A DNA stretch of 64,000 bases, from assembly GCA_945871065.1 (NCBI GenBank), contig CAMBUL010000001.1, positions 41,666 through 105,665 on the forward strand, read 5' to 3'. Numbering within the stretch: the stretch's first letter is position 1; every line of letters begins with the position of its first letter. The translations under genes were made by a program, and so were the position numbers. The notes under the pieces are model-generated. The model was given only the letters and a program-made list of their open reading frames with translations. It ran no database searches and had not been told where the DNA came from. Shown piece after piece: positions 35,801 through 42,648 of the stretch. The stretch comes from Chthoniobacter flavus. Lineage in GTDB: Bacteria > Verrucomicrobiota > Verrucomicrobiia > Chthoniobacterales > JACTMZ01.

Positions 35801-35866
35801 ACGAAGCCGGACGTTCGTCGTAGGGCATCTCGGCCAGCTGGAATTTCGGCACCGATTGGCGGATGA
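31697..35866 (+). CDS. Single ORF encoding a Pol IV (DinB)-like Y-family polymerase fused to a DnaE2/ImuC-type C-family polymerase
   Basis: 1,392 codons with no stop from GTG 31688 (ATG 31697 is an alternative start). N-terminal module has 'HLDADAFF...SIDEGYGDLSG'. From 'LPALNVKSCFSFMDSLLRPGDIVRMAGERGMKAVAMTDPNLHGAVEF' onward it is DnaE-like (PHP, palm/fingers 'LPDIDLDFPHDRRDEVV', HhH 'GMIKGLSEG', OB). Confidence 0.8.
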   Translation: MEQRAAVHLDADAFFVGCEVASEPRLRGKAVAVGGMKRGIIASASYEARKLGVYTPMPTARALKICPYLIVLPGDYEKYEHFSRLMFSLVHDYTPVVEVGSIDEGYGDLSGVTKWSPRTAAERLRRNIREHLRLSVSQGLGTNKLISAVASKLRKPDNFLEVPAGTEREFLAPLEVKWLPGVGAKMEGIFQAAGLHRIAQVAETTVESLELIAGSGAGRLRQFAQGIDERPIVTEREDAQSYGKQETFDEDTTDEEFVRRVLRGMADHLMAKVRSDGKMTRCVEVRLRYNDMEQSRRSESLEEPTDLETDVYGVIDRLVRRAWDRRVSLRLVGLKLSRVYDGGGWRQTGLDLPGTGYERETRRVLARVMDEARVKYGAGSVVRGHQIKSVQCSVGRVQKEAGTSGSLIRAVKSGHVGRVSLPALNVKSCFSFMDSLLRPGDIVRMAGERGMKAVAMTDPNLHGAVEFCAAAKEAGIQPIVGAEVKVGGMRYLAYVENAAGYRHLCGLLSGTNKDVLEGLILRPVTAFPEVRYAATREAKFYEVVQSIRTLSLAGQMQGGKRRGDFSWGREMKASPGMMRDAEEMAERCEFVLPIGGLKFPRFAPPDGSLPREFLARLAREGMKWRYGAAPSDGVRRQVEEELRIIGEVGYEEYFLVVWDLLQLCRERGIEWITRGSAADSLVCYCLGISTVCPVRFELYFRRFLNPERMKLQKLPDIDLDFPHDRRDEVVDIIFARYGPHHAAVVGGFNTYQGRSAFADIAKALGVSELQIRRMTEKLPHTSAHDVAEVARDGVESGGLGWEENPYRAALKLAARLDGFPRHAKMHPCGVVISREPVGELTPLFTSASGRLTTQFEMEAVEAMGLVKLDILAQGGLSVLRDARAALRARGFDPPEPGAWDDPQVWRMIAEGEARGAHHIESPAMTSLARRSGVRAIDQLIAIVSVIRPGAANSLRKEQFARRARGEEPVTYIHPSLEQVLRSTYGVVAYEEHVLQICEVFAGWDAGRADQLRRLLVKNRMAQVDSWREEFAAAARVAGRAEDEIADVWDLLMKFRGYAFCRAHSTAYGLEAYEAAQLKRYWPAEFLASVLTHGKGFYSRLFYTIEARRLGVLFGRPDINGETTKFSVGRVRCPVSRRKTAEGAAGGRIQVPLGMIKGLSEGLLRRIGERRPFVSLADFWRRCAPQADEASALLRVGAFDAFGPSRTEMFWELRALAPCVTGQGLLLEARGAVLPDCRTEPGRLEKLRDEMELLGFPVNGHPVELWPEVGWETYCPVGEVRKFAGQRVTTCGLVVAQRLHRQSDGRTMKFISICDRTDIIECEIFAEVYRRCGGVLARWPVVEVTGKVETPGGRGGVLRVEEVRRARELTKPDVRRRASRPAGISAPIGG
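32863..32897 (+). repeat. Heptad-periodic repeat, copy C (TGTTCAG TGTTCCG TTGGCCG TGTTCAG AAAGAGG), in frame at the DinB/DnaE2 junction
   Basis: Read directly. Translated as 'VQCSVGRVQKE'. Confidence 0.8.
32927..35866 (+). other. dnaE2: DnaE2/ImuC module of the fused ORF (in-frame GTG codons at 32927, 32942 and 32951 could act as internal starts)
   Basis: Degenerate PHP N-terminus with C-family polymerase motifs through the OB-fold. About 970 aa. Confidence 0.75.
35069..35110 (+). repeat. Heptad-periodic repeat, copy D (TTTTCCG TTGGCCG TGTTCGG TGTCCAG TGAGCCG GAGAAAA), in frame inside the DnaE2 module
   Basis: Read directly. 35069-35089 is 19/21 identical to 32870-32890. Translated as 'FSVGRVRCPVSRRK'. 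Confidence 0.8.
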
Positions 35867-36518
35867 AATCCTTGAGCATATCGAGAGTCTGCTGGTCGGT
35901 CTTGGCCCCGGGCCGGAGTCCTTCGAGCACGGGAGCGCTGACGATCACGTAGGCCCAGCGATGCTGGAGTTTTTTCACCACCATGTCCCAATTGGTCTTG
36001 GCCAAGCGAACCCAGTGGTGAGGGGTGGAGGTGTCTTTGCCGACGAACCAGTAAAGGAAGTAACTCTTCAGATTGACCCTCTGACCGGGGCCGGTTTCGA
36101 TTTCGCGGTTGAGGGTGAGTTTCATCACGTCGAGCGTGCGGCCGTTGGCCAGGGTGATAGGAACCACTTCGCCCGCTTGGACCGACCAGCCTTGCCCCGG
36201 GAGACAGACCTCGGGGCGGTGGATACTGCGCTTTTCGCCACCGCTGAGCACGACTTGGGCGGTGAGGGAATTGCCGGTGAGGTCCTGGTAAATTTTTTTC
36301 TCGAACTCGGTGTCACCGGGCAGGAGAGCCAACTCGCTCGGCGAAATCGGCTCGCTCGTGCCCCAATACTCGCCGACCAAGGTGGGAAGATCCATGATGA
36401 CCCCGGATTCGGGCGAGATGTTGGGTGGCGCGCTTTCGCGGCACAGCCAGATGGTGAGAGCGGCCAGCGCGATCACCGTACCGGAGCGCCACCAAGGGAT
36501 ATCGATGGCGCGGATCAT
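35799..36518 (-). CDS. epsI: Exosortase-associated EpsI family protein
   Basis: N-terminal TM, then 'MDLPTLVGEYWG...HRPEVCLPGQGW...YFLYWFVG' typical of EpsI. ATG 36518 overlaps the exosortase stop (ATGA). Confidence 0.8.
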   Translation of the reverse strand: MIRAIDIPWWRSGTVIALAALTIWLCRESAPPNISPESGVIMDLPTLVGEYWGTSEPISPSELALLPGDTEFEKKIYQDLTGNSLTAQVVLSGGEKRSIHRPEVCLPGQGWSVQAGEVVPITLANGRTLDVMKLTLNREIETGPGQRVNLKSYFLYWFVGKDTSTPHHWVRLAKTNWDMVVKKLQHRWAYVIVSAPVLEGLRPGAKTDQQTLDMLKDFIRQSVPKFQLAEMPYDERPAS

Positions 36519-37486
36519 GGGGTTGGTGCGGTAGGCGGTTGGGGAGCGAAGCGTTGCAGCAACCATCCCACCCCGAGCATGCCGCCGAGCGCGACGGCGA
36601 AGACGAGGAATCCGGAAAGCATGTGGAAAGTGGTCGGTTCCTCCAGCGTACCAATGGCGGTTTCGGGTCCGAGCGCGATGGTGCCGATGGTCAGCATGAT
36701 GATGCGGGCAAAGTTGCCGGCCACGGCAAGGGGAACCGAGGCAAGAAAGACGGCCCATTTTTGCCACGATCTATCCATGGCGATGAATCCGTAGAGGGCA
36801 CTGACCATCATGAGGGCGAAGAGCGAACGGATGCCGCTGCAAGGATCAGCCACGTCGACCGCGAAGCGTTCACCGGCCGCGAGGCCTGCGGCGAAGTCGG
36901 GCGTCGAGACAATGGCAGTGCCCTGTTGCAGGCAGGGCAGACCAATCAGATTGAGGAAACCGACACTGACCGTGGACATGAAAATGCGCAGGGGGAAGGC
37001 GAGAAAGTTGTCCATGAACGGCAAAGGAAACATGAACGCCAGGAATGCGATGGGGAAGGAAATCGCCTTGAGCCATTGCCATCCGAGGAACCAAAGGACG
37101 AGTGAACCGATAAACCCGAGCATGGCGGCATAACCGACGTAAATATTGTCCGCCAAATAGCCGACCCAATAGACAAAGAGAGTTCCGAGCAGAGCAGCCA
37201 AGCCGAGCCACGAACCTCTGACCGGAAGCGCGGCGAGTGCTTTGCGGCGGTAAATGACGAGTCCGAGGGCGAAGAGGGGTACCAGCCAGCAGTGTTCCCA
37301 TTCGGGGTTGTTTTTCCAAATCCAGCCCATGAACTCGAACATGCCGACCCGCGTGGCCCCGTAGCCCGAGGCGTAGGGGAACCAGAAAAAGAGGGCGTAG
37401 AAAATACCGGCCGCGGTGAGAGCCGCAAAAATGTTCGGCGCGGCCAGGGAGGCTCGCCAGTCAGGGGCCACAGCGGTGGAGTTCAT
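36515..37486 (-). CDS. Exosortase (EpsH/Xrt family transpeptidase)
   Basis: Polytopic membrane protein with 'DPCSGIRS' (Cys), 'AGNFARI' (Arg) and 'FHMLSG' (His). ATG 37486 ('MNSTAVAPDW') chosen. Confidence 0.85.
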   Translation of the reverse strand: MNSTAVAPDWRASLAAPNIFAALTAAGIFYALFFWFPYASGYGATRVGMFEFMGWIWKNNPEWEHCWLVPLFALGLVIYRRKALAALPVRGSWLGLAALLGTLFVYWVGYLADNIYVGYAAMLGFIGSLVLWFLGWQWLKAISFPIAFLAFMFPLPFMDNFLAFPLRIFMSTVSVGFLNLIGLPCLQQGTAIVSTPDFAAGLAAGERFAVDVADPCSGIRSLFALMMVSALYGFIAMDRSWQKWAVFLASVPLAVAGNFARIIMLTIGTIALGPETAIGTLEEPTTFHMLSGFLVFAVALGGMLGVGWLLQRFAPQPPTAPTP

Positions 37487-37511
37487 GGGAAACCAGAAGC
37501 TTTCACACTGT

Positions 37512-38384
37512 TTACGCGGCGGCAACCGATTTCCACGCGGAAAGGAATTCACCCAGACCCTCCTGCCACGTTCGCGGCCCGGGCGGAAGGACCGAGGCAA
37601 GCTTCCCGGCATCGAGGCAAGAGTAGCGCGGCCGCTTGGCCCAATCGGGTCCGAGTTGCTCGTAAGGTAGGGTTTGAATGTCCCCACATTTTGGAGCAAG
37701 GCCCAGAGCATTCATCTGGACCAAGGTCGCTTGGGCGAATTCTTCCCAAGATGTTCCACCGGGGTTGACCAAATTGAGCAATCCGGTCTGGCCGGCCTCG
37801 ATTAGTTGGCGCGTCCAGAACGCGCCGTCGGCGGCGTAAAGGCAGCAGCCTTTTTTACCCGCTGCGGTGCGAACAGATTGCTGCTGCATGAGAAGACCGG
37901 GCATGCGGCTCATGAAGGTTTTTCCCCCCAGCCCGTAAAGCCAGGACACGCGCAGGATCAGGCTGCGCGGACAAGCGGATGGAATGAGCTGCTCGAGATC
38001 GGCCTTTTGGCGTCCGTACACCGAGAGCGGATGGGGAGCTTCGGACTCGGAGAGCAATCGGTCGTCTTCTCCGCCGAAAACATAGTCCGAGCTGTATTGG
38101 ACGAATAGCGCATCTTGCGCCGCGCAGCGCCGGGCCAGGTCAAGGGGCGCCTCGCGATTGATGCGTCCGGTCTCCCCGGGGTTCTTCTCGCAGGCGTCGA
38201 AATCGCATACCGCTGCCGCATTGATGACGGCATCCCACCGCCGCGCGAACAACCCGTCGAGGCGCGATGCGTCGGTGATATCGGCGTCTTGGTGTGTTTG
38301 TGCGACCAGGGTATGCCCGGCGGCCAACTCCTTGGCCAGATAACGGCCGAGCAAACCTCCGGACCCGAGCAGAAGAATATTCAT
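37512..38384 (-). CDS. RmlD-like NAD(P)-dependent sugar nucleotide reductase (dTDP-4-dehydrorhamnose reductase family)
   Basis: 'MNILLLGSGGLLGRYLAKEL' Rossmann N-terminus and RmlD-like length and layout. Confidence 0.7.
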   Translation of the reverse strand: MNILLLGSGGLLGRYLAKELAAGHTLVAQTHQDADITDASRLDGLFARRWDAVINAAAVCDFDACEKNPGETGRINREAPLDLARRCAAQDALFVQYSSDYVFGGEDDRLLSESEAPHPLSVYGRQKADLEQLIPSACPRSLILRVSWLYGLGGKTFMSRMPGLLMQQQSVRTAAGKKGCCLYAADGAFWTRQLIEAGQTGLLNLVNPGGTSWEEFAQATLVQMNALGLAPKCGDIQTLPYEQLGPDWAKRPRYSCLDAGKLASVLPPGPRTWQEGLGEFLSAWKSVAAA

Positions 38385-39451
38385 GGGTCGAACTTCAGGC
38401 GTTCCAATTGTGCGAGCACGTCACCGGAGGTCACGGCATCAAGGCAAAGGTAGCTGTCCATGCCGCAACGGTCGATACACGGGTGCAGGGGACAGGCCCG
38501 GCGCTGCACCACGCGATGGCGATTGTTCCATGGCGCGAACCAATCGGGTTCACCCGAGCCGAAAATCGTCACCACCGGTTTGCCCAGGGCGGCGGCAAGA
38601 TGGGCCGGAAACGAGTCGTGGCAGAGCACCGCGTCGGCGCCCCACAGCACAGCCACGAGGGACAAAAGATCGGGTGTTGGCACTTTGCGGGCGTGTTCCG
38701 GGGTCACGGGCTCGGCCCCCTCCGGAAGCACCTCGACCAGTTCGAATTTCTCCGCGACCCGATCCGAAGCGGCAAGTTCGCGCCAGCGGCTGAGCGGCCA
38801 TTGTTTGCTCGGAAGGCGGGCTTGCGCGTGTACGGCGAGCACCGCGCGCCGGTGGCTTCCTCCTTTAGCCGGCGCGCCGGTTGCCGCAATCCAAGGCACG
38901 GAAACATCGCACGAAAGATCCATTGCCCGGGCGATCTGGTGCCAGCAATGCAAGTGCGTTTGCCGCGGCGACTCGCGATGCAGCTCTTGGGTGAGGAGGG
39001 GACGGCAGGGGTGGAGCAACCGCCAGAGATTTTCCAAAGCGCGACCGAAAAGCCGCCGCCTCCGGCGCCATGGCAAGTCGGCGGCATAGTAGTTGCCGCG
39101 CGTCATGGGAAAACCGATCCGTCGTGCAGCGTGCGTTTCCGCCATGAGGACGCCAACCCTCGCATCCGCCCACGCGCAGACGGCAGCATCGAAAGACAAG
39201 GGTCGCAGCACACGGCCCTTGTCGCGGGCCGCCACGAGCGCTGGCCCCAAGCCGGACGGTTGAGCGTCTTCCCAGGGTGTTTCCCACTCATGAATTACCG
39301 GGGGGTGGGGAAGCAACCGGTAAACTTCGCTACTGGCCGGGCGGCAGAGGACATGGACTTCGTAACGGGCTGCCGCCCCGCGGACAAACGGGAGGCTCAT
39401 CACCGCATCTCCGAGGTGATGAAGTTCAACCACAAGGAGGCGGGGCTTCAT
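38381..39451 (-). CDS. Glycosyltransferase family 9 (heptosyltransferase-like)
   Basis: 'MKPRLLVVELHHLGDAVMSLPFV' and C-terminal 'LCHDSFPAHLAAALGKPVVTIFG'. 4-nt overlaps at both ends. Confidence 0.75.
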   Translation of the reverse strand: MKPRLLVVELHHLGDAVMSLPFVRGAAARYEVHVLCRPASSEVYRLLPHPPVIHEWETPWEDAQPSGLGPALVAARDKGRVLRPLSFDAAVCAWADARVGVLMAETHAARRIGFPMTRGNYYAADLPWRRRRRLFGRALENLWRLLHPCRPLLTQELHRESPRQTHLHCWHQIARAMDLSCDVSVPWIAATGAPAKGGSHRRAVLAVHAQARLPSKQWPLSRWRELAASDRVAEKFELVEVLPEGAEPVTPEHARKVPTPDLLSLVAVLWGADAVLCHDSFPAHLAAALGKPVVTIFGSGEPDWFAPWNNRHRVVQRRACPLHPCIDRCGMDSYLCLDAVTSGDVLAQLERLKFDP

Positions 39452-40209
39452 CGGGCGAACCAGCGTCGTTTGAGCAGATAGTAGTGACGTCCCCAGAGGG
39501 CCATGGAGAAAGCGTTCCACCAAGGCCCGAAGCGCCATCCCTCACGCGTGAGCATCCGGGCGGTCTCGCACCACATTTTGGAAAGTTGACGGCTCGTCTT
39601 GGCATCGGCGTGCAAACGCGAAACGGCCAGAGGTTCGGGCATGTAGTGCCATTGCACCTTGGCACCCAGCCGGAGCCAATATTCATGATCCATGCAGTAA
39701 TGAAGCGTCTCGTCGAAACCGCCGAATTTTTTATAAACCCCGCGCCGCCACCAGACCGCGGGTTGTCCGAGCGGGTTGCTCTTGATCAGCTCGGTCGGGA
39801 CAAACTTGGCCGCCGACTTGCGCCGTTTCCGTCCGGAATCCCCCTCGAGGAAAAAAAAATCGGCATAAACAACATCAACGGTGTCCTCACGGTTGAAGAC
39901 ATCAAGGACGCGCTGCACGGCCAGCGGTTCGTAAAGGTCGTCGGCGCACAAGTAGGCGAGGATGTCCCCGTTGGCTAGGCCGAACCCCTTGTTGATGGCT
40001 TGGGACTGTCCGTTGTCCTTCTCCGAGACCCAACGCACCCCGCTCTGTTGGCGCAGAATTTCGGTCGTTCCGTCGGTCGATCCTCCGTCGATGACGATGT
40101 GCTCGATTTCGTGCGAGGGAGCATGTTCCGCGGCCAGGCGGACCGAATCAAGGCACGCTCCGAGATAGCGTGCCTGGTTGAGCGAAGGGGTGACAACCGA
40201 AAGTTTCAT
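39448..40209 (-). CDS. Glycosyltransferase family 2
   Basis: 'LSVVTPSLNQARYLGACLDSV...IVIDGGSTDGT...YLCADDLY' GT-A signature. Confidence 0.8.
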   Translation of the reverse strand: MKLSVVTPSLNQARYLGACLDSVRLAAEHAPSHEIEHIVIDGGSTDGTTEILRQQSGVRWVSEKDNGQSQAINKGFGLANGDILAYLCADDLYEPLAVQRVLDVFNREDTVDVVYADFFFLEGDSGRKRRKSAAKFVPTELIKSNPLGQPAVWWRRGVYKKFGGFDETLHYCMDHEYWLRLGAKVQWHYMPEPLAVSRLHADAKTSRQLSKMWCETARMLTREGWRFGPWWNAFSMALWGRHYYLLKRRWFAR

Positions 40210-42098
40210 GATGTGCCGTTCGCACCGATGCGACGGAAGATTTCTTCATACCGGTCGAGCACGGACTCCCACCGGAATTGTTCCGCACGGTGGCGGGCGC
40301 GTCGCCCCACCGCCGCACAGTCTTCCGGATGGTCCGCGGCCCAAACGAGTTTCTCGGCCAGCGCTTCGACCGGATGGTCCGGACCGAAAGGGATACCGGC
40401 ATCACCGACCACTTCGCGTGTCGCCGTGCAGTCGTGGTACATGATCGCCTTGCCCATGCCGAGCTGGTCGAGCAGAACCAATCGCGTGGCCTCGATGGTG
40501 GCGGGCATGATGAAAGCCCGTGAATGCTGACTCAGCTCGATGTAGGCATCGGAAAACCGCAGCCCGGTAAAAATCACCCGATCGGTGGCCAGAGCCGCCA
40601 GCTTTCGGTGGTAGGCTTGTTCGTAGGGATCACCGCCCACCATGACCAGCGGCAGTGGATCGGCCAACTCGCGGTATGCGCGCAACAGCAATTCCGCCTC
40701 GTTCTCCGGAGTGAGTCGGGAAACATAAAGGAAGTAGTTGTCCGGCCGGAGTCCCCAGCGTTCCAACTCCCCGGAGCGCACGGGCGCATCGCGTATGGTC
40801 AGCCCGTAGGAGAGGTGCTCGGTTCGCGTGGCATGACGGTCCGCATAGCGGTCGGCAATGGTGGCGTTGTCCGCGATGATGCAGTCAGCGGACTGCGTGG
40901 CCCAACGTTCGCTGTGTTTCAACCAGAACCGGGCGAATCCGCGCCACTTTTTACGGCTGAAGTCCGCCCCGTCCACATTGATGATCACCTTGGTGCCGCG
41001 CCATCGGGCGAGGCGACCGAGGATGGCATTGCCCACCCCACAGAGATAGATAATGTCATAGTTCCTGCGCATCGCATCGAGCATCGACAGGGTGGTGTGC
41101 ACGATGGTGTCGAGACTCTTGGTCGGGATGGTCGGTAGTCCGATGATGTGCATGCCCTCCCAGATCGGCTGGGGTGCCCCGTGGTGGGGCAGGCGGTTGT
41201 AGACCGTCACATCATGTCCCCGCGCGGCGAGGCGTTTGCCGAGCTCCTGAACGACGACCTCGAATCCCGAGTAGCGGGCCGGCACGCCGCGGGAACCGAG
41301 AAAGGCGATGCTGGGTTTTCCGGAGCCAGCGGGTTTTGCCTTCGGTCGGCCGCCCAAAGCTTCGCGGATGGTGTAGTAGACAAAGAGCGAATTGAACTGG
41401 GTGTAGCGCCTCCAGAGACGGCCGGGCTCCTGCCAAAGGCGGTAGACCCATGTGGTGCCGGAGCGCTGCATCCAATGTGGTGCGAAAGCCCGCTGTCCAC
41501 CAAGAAGGACAAAGGCATCTCCCACCGCGAAGAAGACCCCGCGGGCGTGGCGCGCCAGGTTGTCGATGATCCATCGCTCCTGCCGCTCGCCGCCGAGGGC
41601 GACCCAGATGAAATCGGGCTTGGCTTCCGCGATGGTCCGGGCGAAGGCCTTTTCGTCGTCCTCGGTCCACGTCCGGAAGGGCGGCGACAAAGTGCCGGCA
41701 ATTTCGAGGCCGGGTTGGATCTCACCCAAGTGCGCCACGAGGGCCTCGAGTGTTTCCTCCGTTCCGCCGAAGAAAAAATGGCGCCACGGACGCGGGGTGG
41801 CACGGATCATTTTCTCCATGAAATACGGGCCGTAGACGCGGTCCTTGAGGGCGGCTCCGTGTGCGTTGAGGCTCCAGCGCAGCGGCATGCCATCGGGCAG
41901 GATGAGGTCAAACTTCCTCATGACGTCGCCGAAATCGCGTTGGTGGCGGGCCAACGCGACGATGTGGGTATTGCTGGCCGCCACGGCGGCGGGATGCTGT
42001 TCGCCGGCCAGCCGGATGCTTTCCGCGATGGCCGCATCGTAATCGACCACCGACACCGGAGTTCCGAGGATTGTAATCTTGCGTGGTGCCGTTCTCAT
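40206..42098 (-). CDS. Two-domain glycosyltransferase: WecG/TagA/CpsF (GT26) N-terminal domain fused to a DUF1972/GT4 C-terminal domain
   Basis: 'ITILGTPVSVVDYDAA...LILPDGMPLRW...FIWVALGGERQERW' (GT26), then 'IAFLGSRGVPARYSGFEVVVQELGKRLAARGHDVTVY...' (GT4). ATG 42098 chosen. Confidence 0.75.
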   Translation of the reverse strand: MRTAPRKITILGTPVSVVDYDAAIAESIRLAGEQHPAAVAASNTHIVALARHQRDFGDVMRKFDLILPDGMPLRWSLNAHGAALKDRVYGPYFMEKMIRATPRPWRHFFFGGTEETLEALVAHLGEIQPGLEIAGTLSPPFRTWTEDDEKAFARTIAEAKPDFIWVALGGERQERWIIDNLARHARGVFFAVGDAFVLLGGQRAFAPHWMQRSGTTWVYRLWQEPGRLWRRYTQFNSLFVYYTIREALGGRPKAKPAGSGKPSIAFLGSRGVPARYSGFEVVVQELGKRLAARGHDVTVYNRLPHHGAPQPIWEGMHIIGLPTIPTKSLDTIVHTTLSMLDAMRRNYDIIYLCGVGNAILGRLARWRGTKVIINVDGADFSRKKWRGFARFWLKHSERWATQSADCIIADNATIADRYADRHATRTEHLSYGLTIRDAPVRSGELERWGLRPDNYFLYVSRLTPENEAELLLRAYRELADPLPLVMVGGDPYEQAYHRKLAALATDRVIFTGLRFSDAYIELSQHSRAFIMPATIEATRLVLLDQLGMGKAIMYHDCTATREVVGDAGIPFGPDHPVEALAEKLVWAADHPEDCAAVGRRARHRAEQFRWESVLDRYEEIFRRIGANGTS

Positions 42099-42192
42099 GC
42101 CCCCGGCCAAACTAATGGAGCAGACCGCCGGCGGCAATGGCGGGACGGGAAACCGCTGGCTCCCTGCCGCGCCCGTGCTTAGGCTGCCGCCC

Positions 42193-42648
42193 ATGAGCCT
42201 GACCGTCCGGATCGACGAGGACATCAAAGCGGCGATGAAAGCCAAGGAGACCGACAAACTCGGCGCCTTGCGCATGCTCAAGTCGTCCCTGAAATACGCC
42301 GTGATCGAAAAAGGGGCGGCGACCGATGCCGTTCTGGCCGATGCGGACGTCATCACGGTCCTCCGTCGCCGGATCAAGCAGTGCCAGGACGCCATCGAGG
42401 GTTTCGCCAAGGGTGGACGTGACGAGCAGGCGGCCAAAGAAAAGGCCGAACTCGTATTGCTCGAGACCTATTTGCCCGCCTCGCTTTCGGCCGACGAGTT
42501 GTCCGCGCTGGTGCGCGAGGCCATTGTGGAGTCGGGGGCGACCGGCAAAGCGCAAATGGGTGCGGTGATGAAAGTCGTCATGGCCAAAGCGGGCGGACGG
42601 ACCGAGGGCAAGGCTGTCAATACGGAGGTTCTCAGGCAACTTGGCTAA
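42193..42648 (+). CDS. yqeY: GatB/YqeY domain protein
   Basis: 'IDEDIKAAMKAKETDKLGALRMLKSSLKY...LLETYLP...GKAQMGAVMKVVMAKAGGRTEGKAVNTEV'. Confidence 0.85.
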   Translation: MSLTVRIDEDIKAAMKAKETDKLGALRMLKSSLKYAVIEKGAATDAVLADADVITVLRRRIKQCQDAIEGFAKGGRDEQAAKEKAELVLLETYLPASLSADELSALVREAIVESGATGKAQMGAVMKVVMAKAGGRTEGKAVNTEVLRQLG

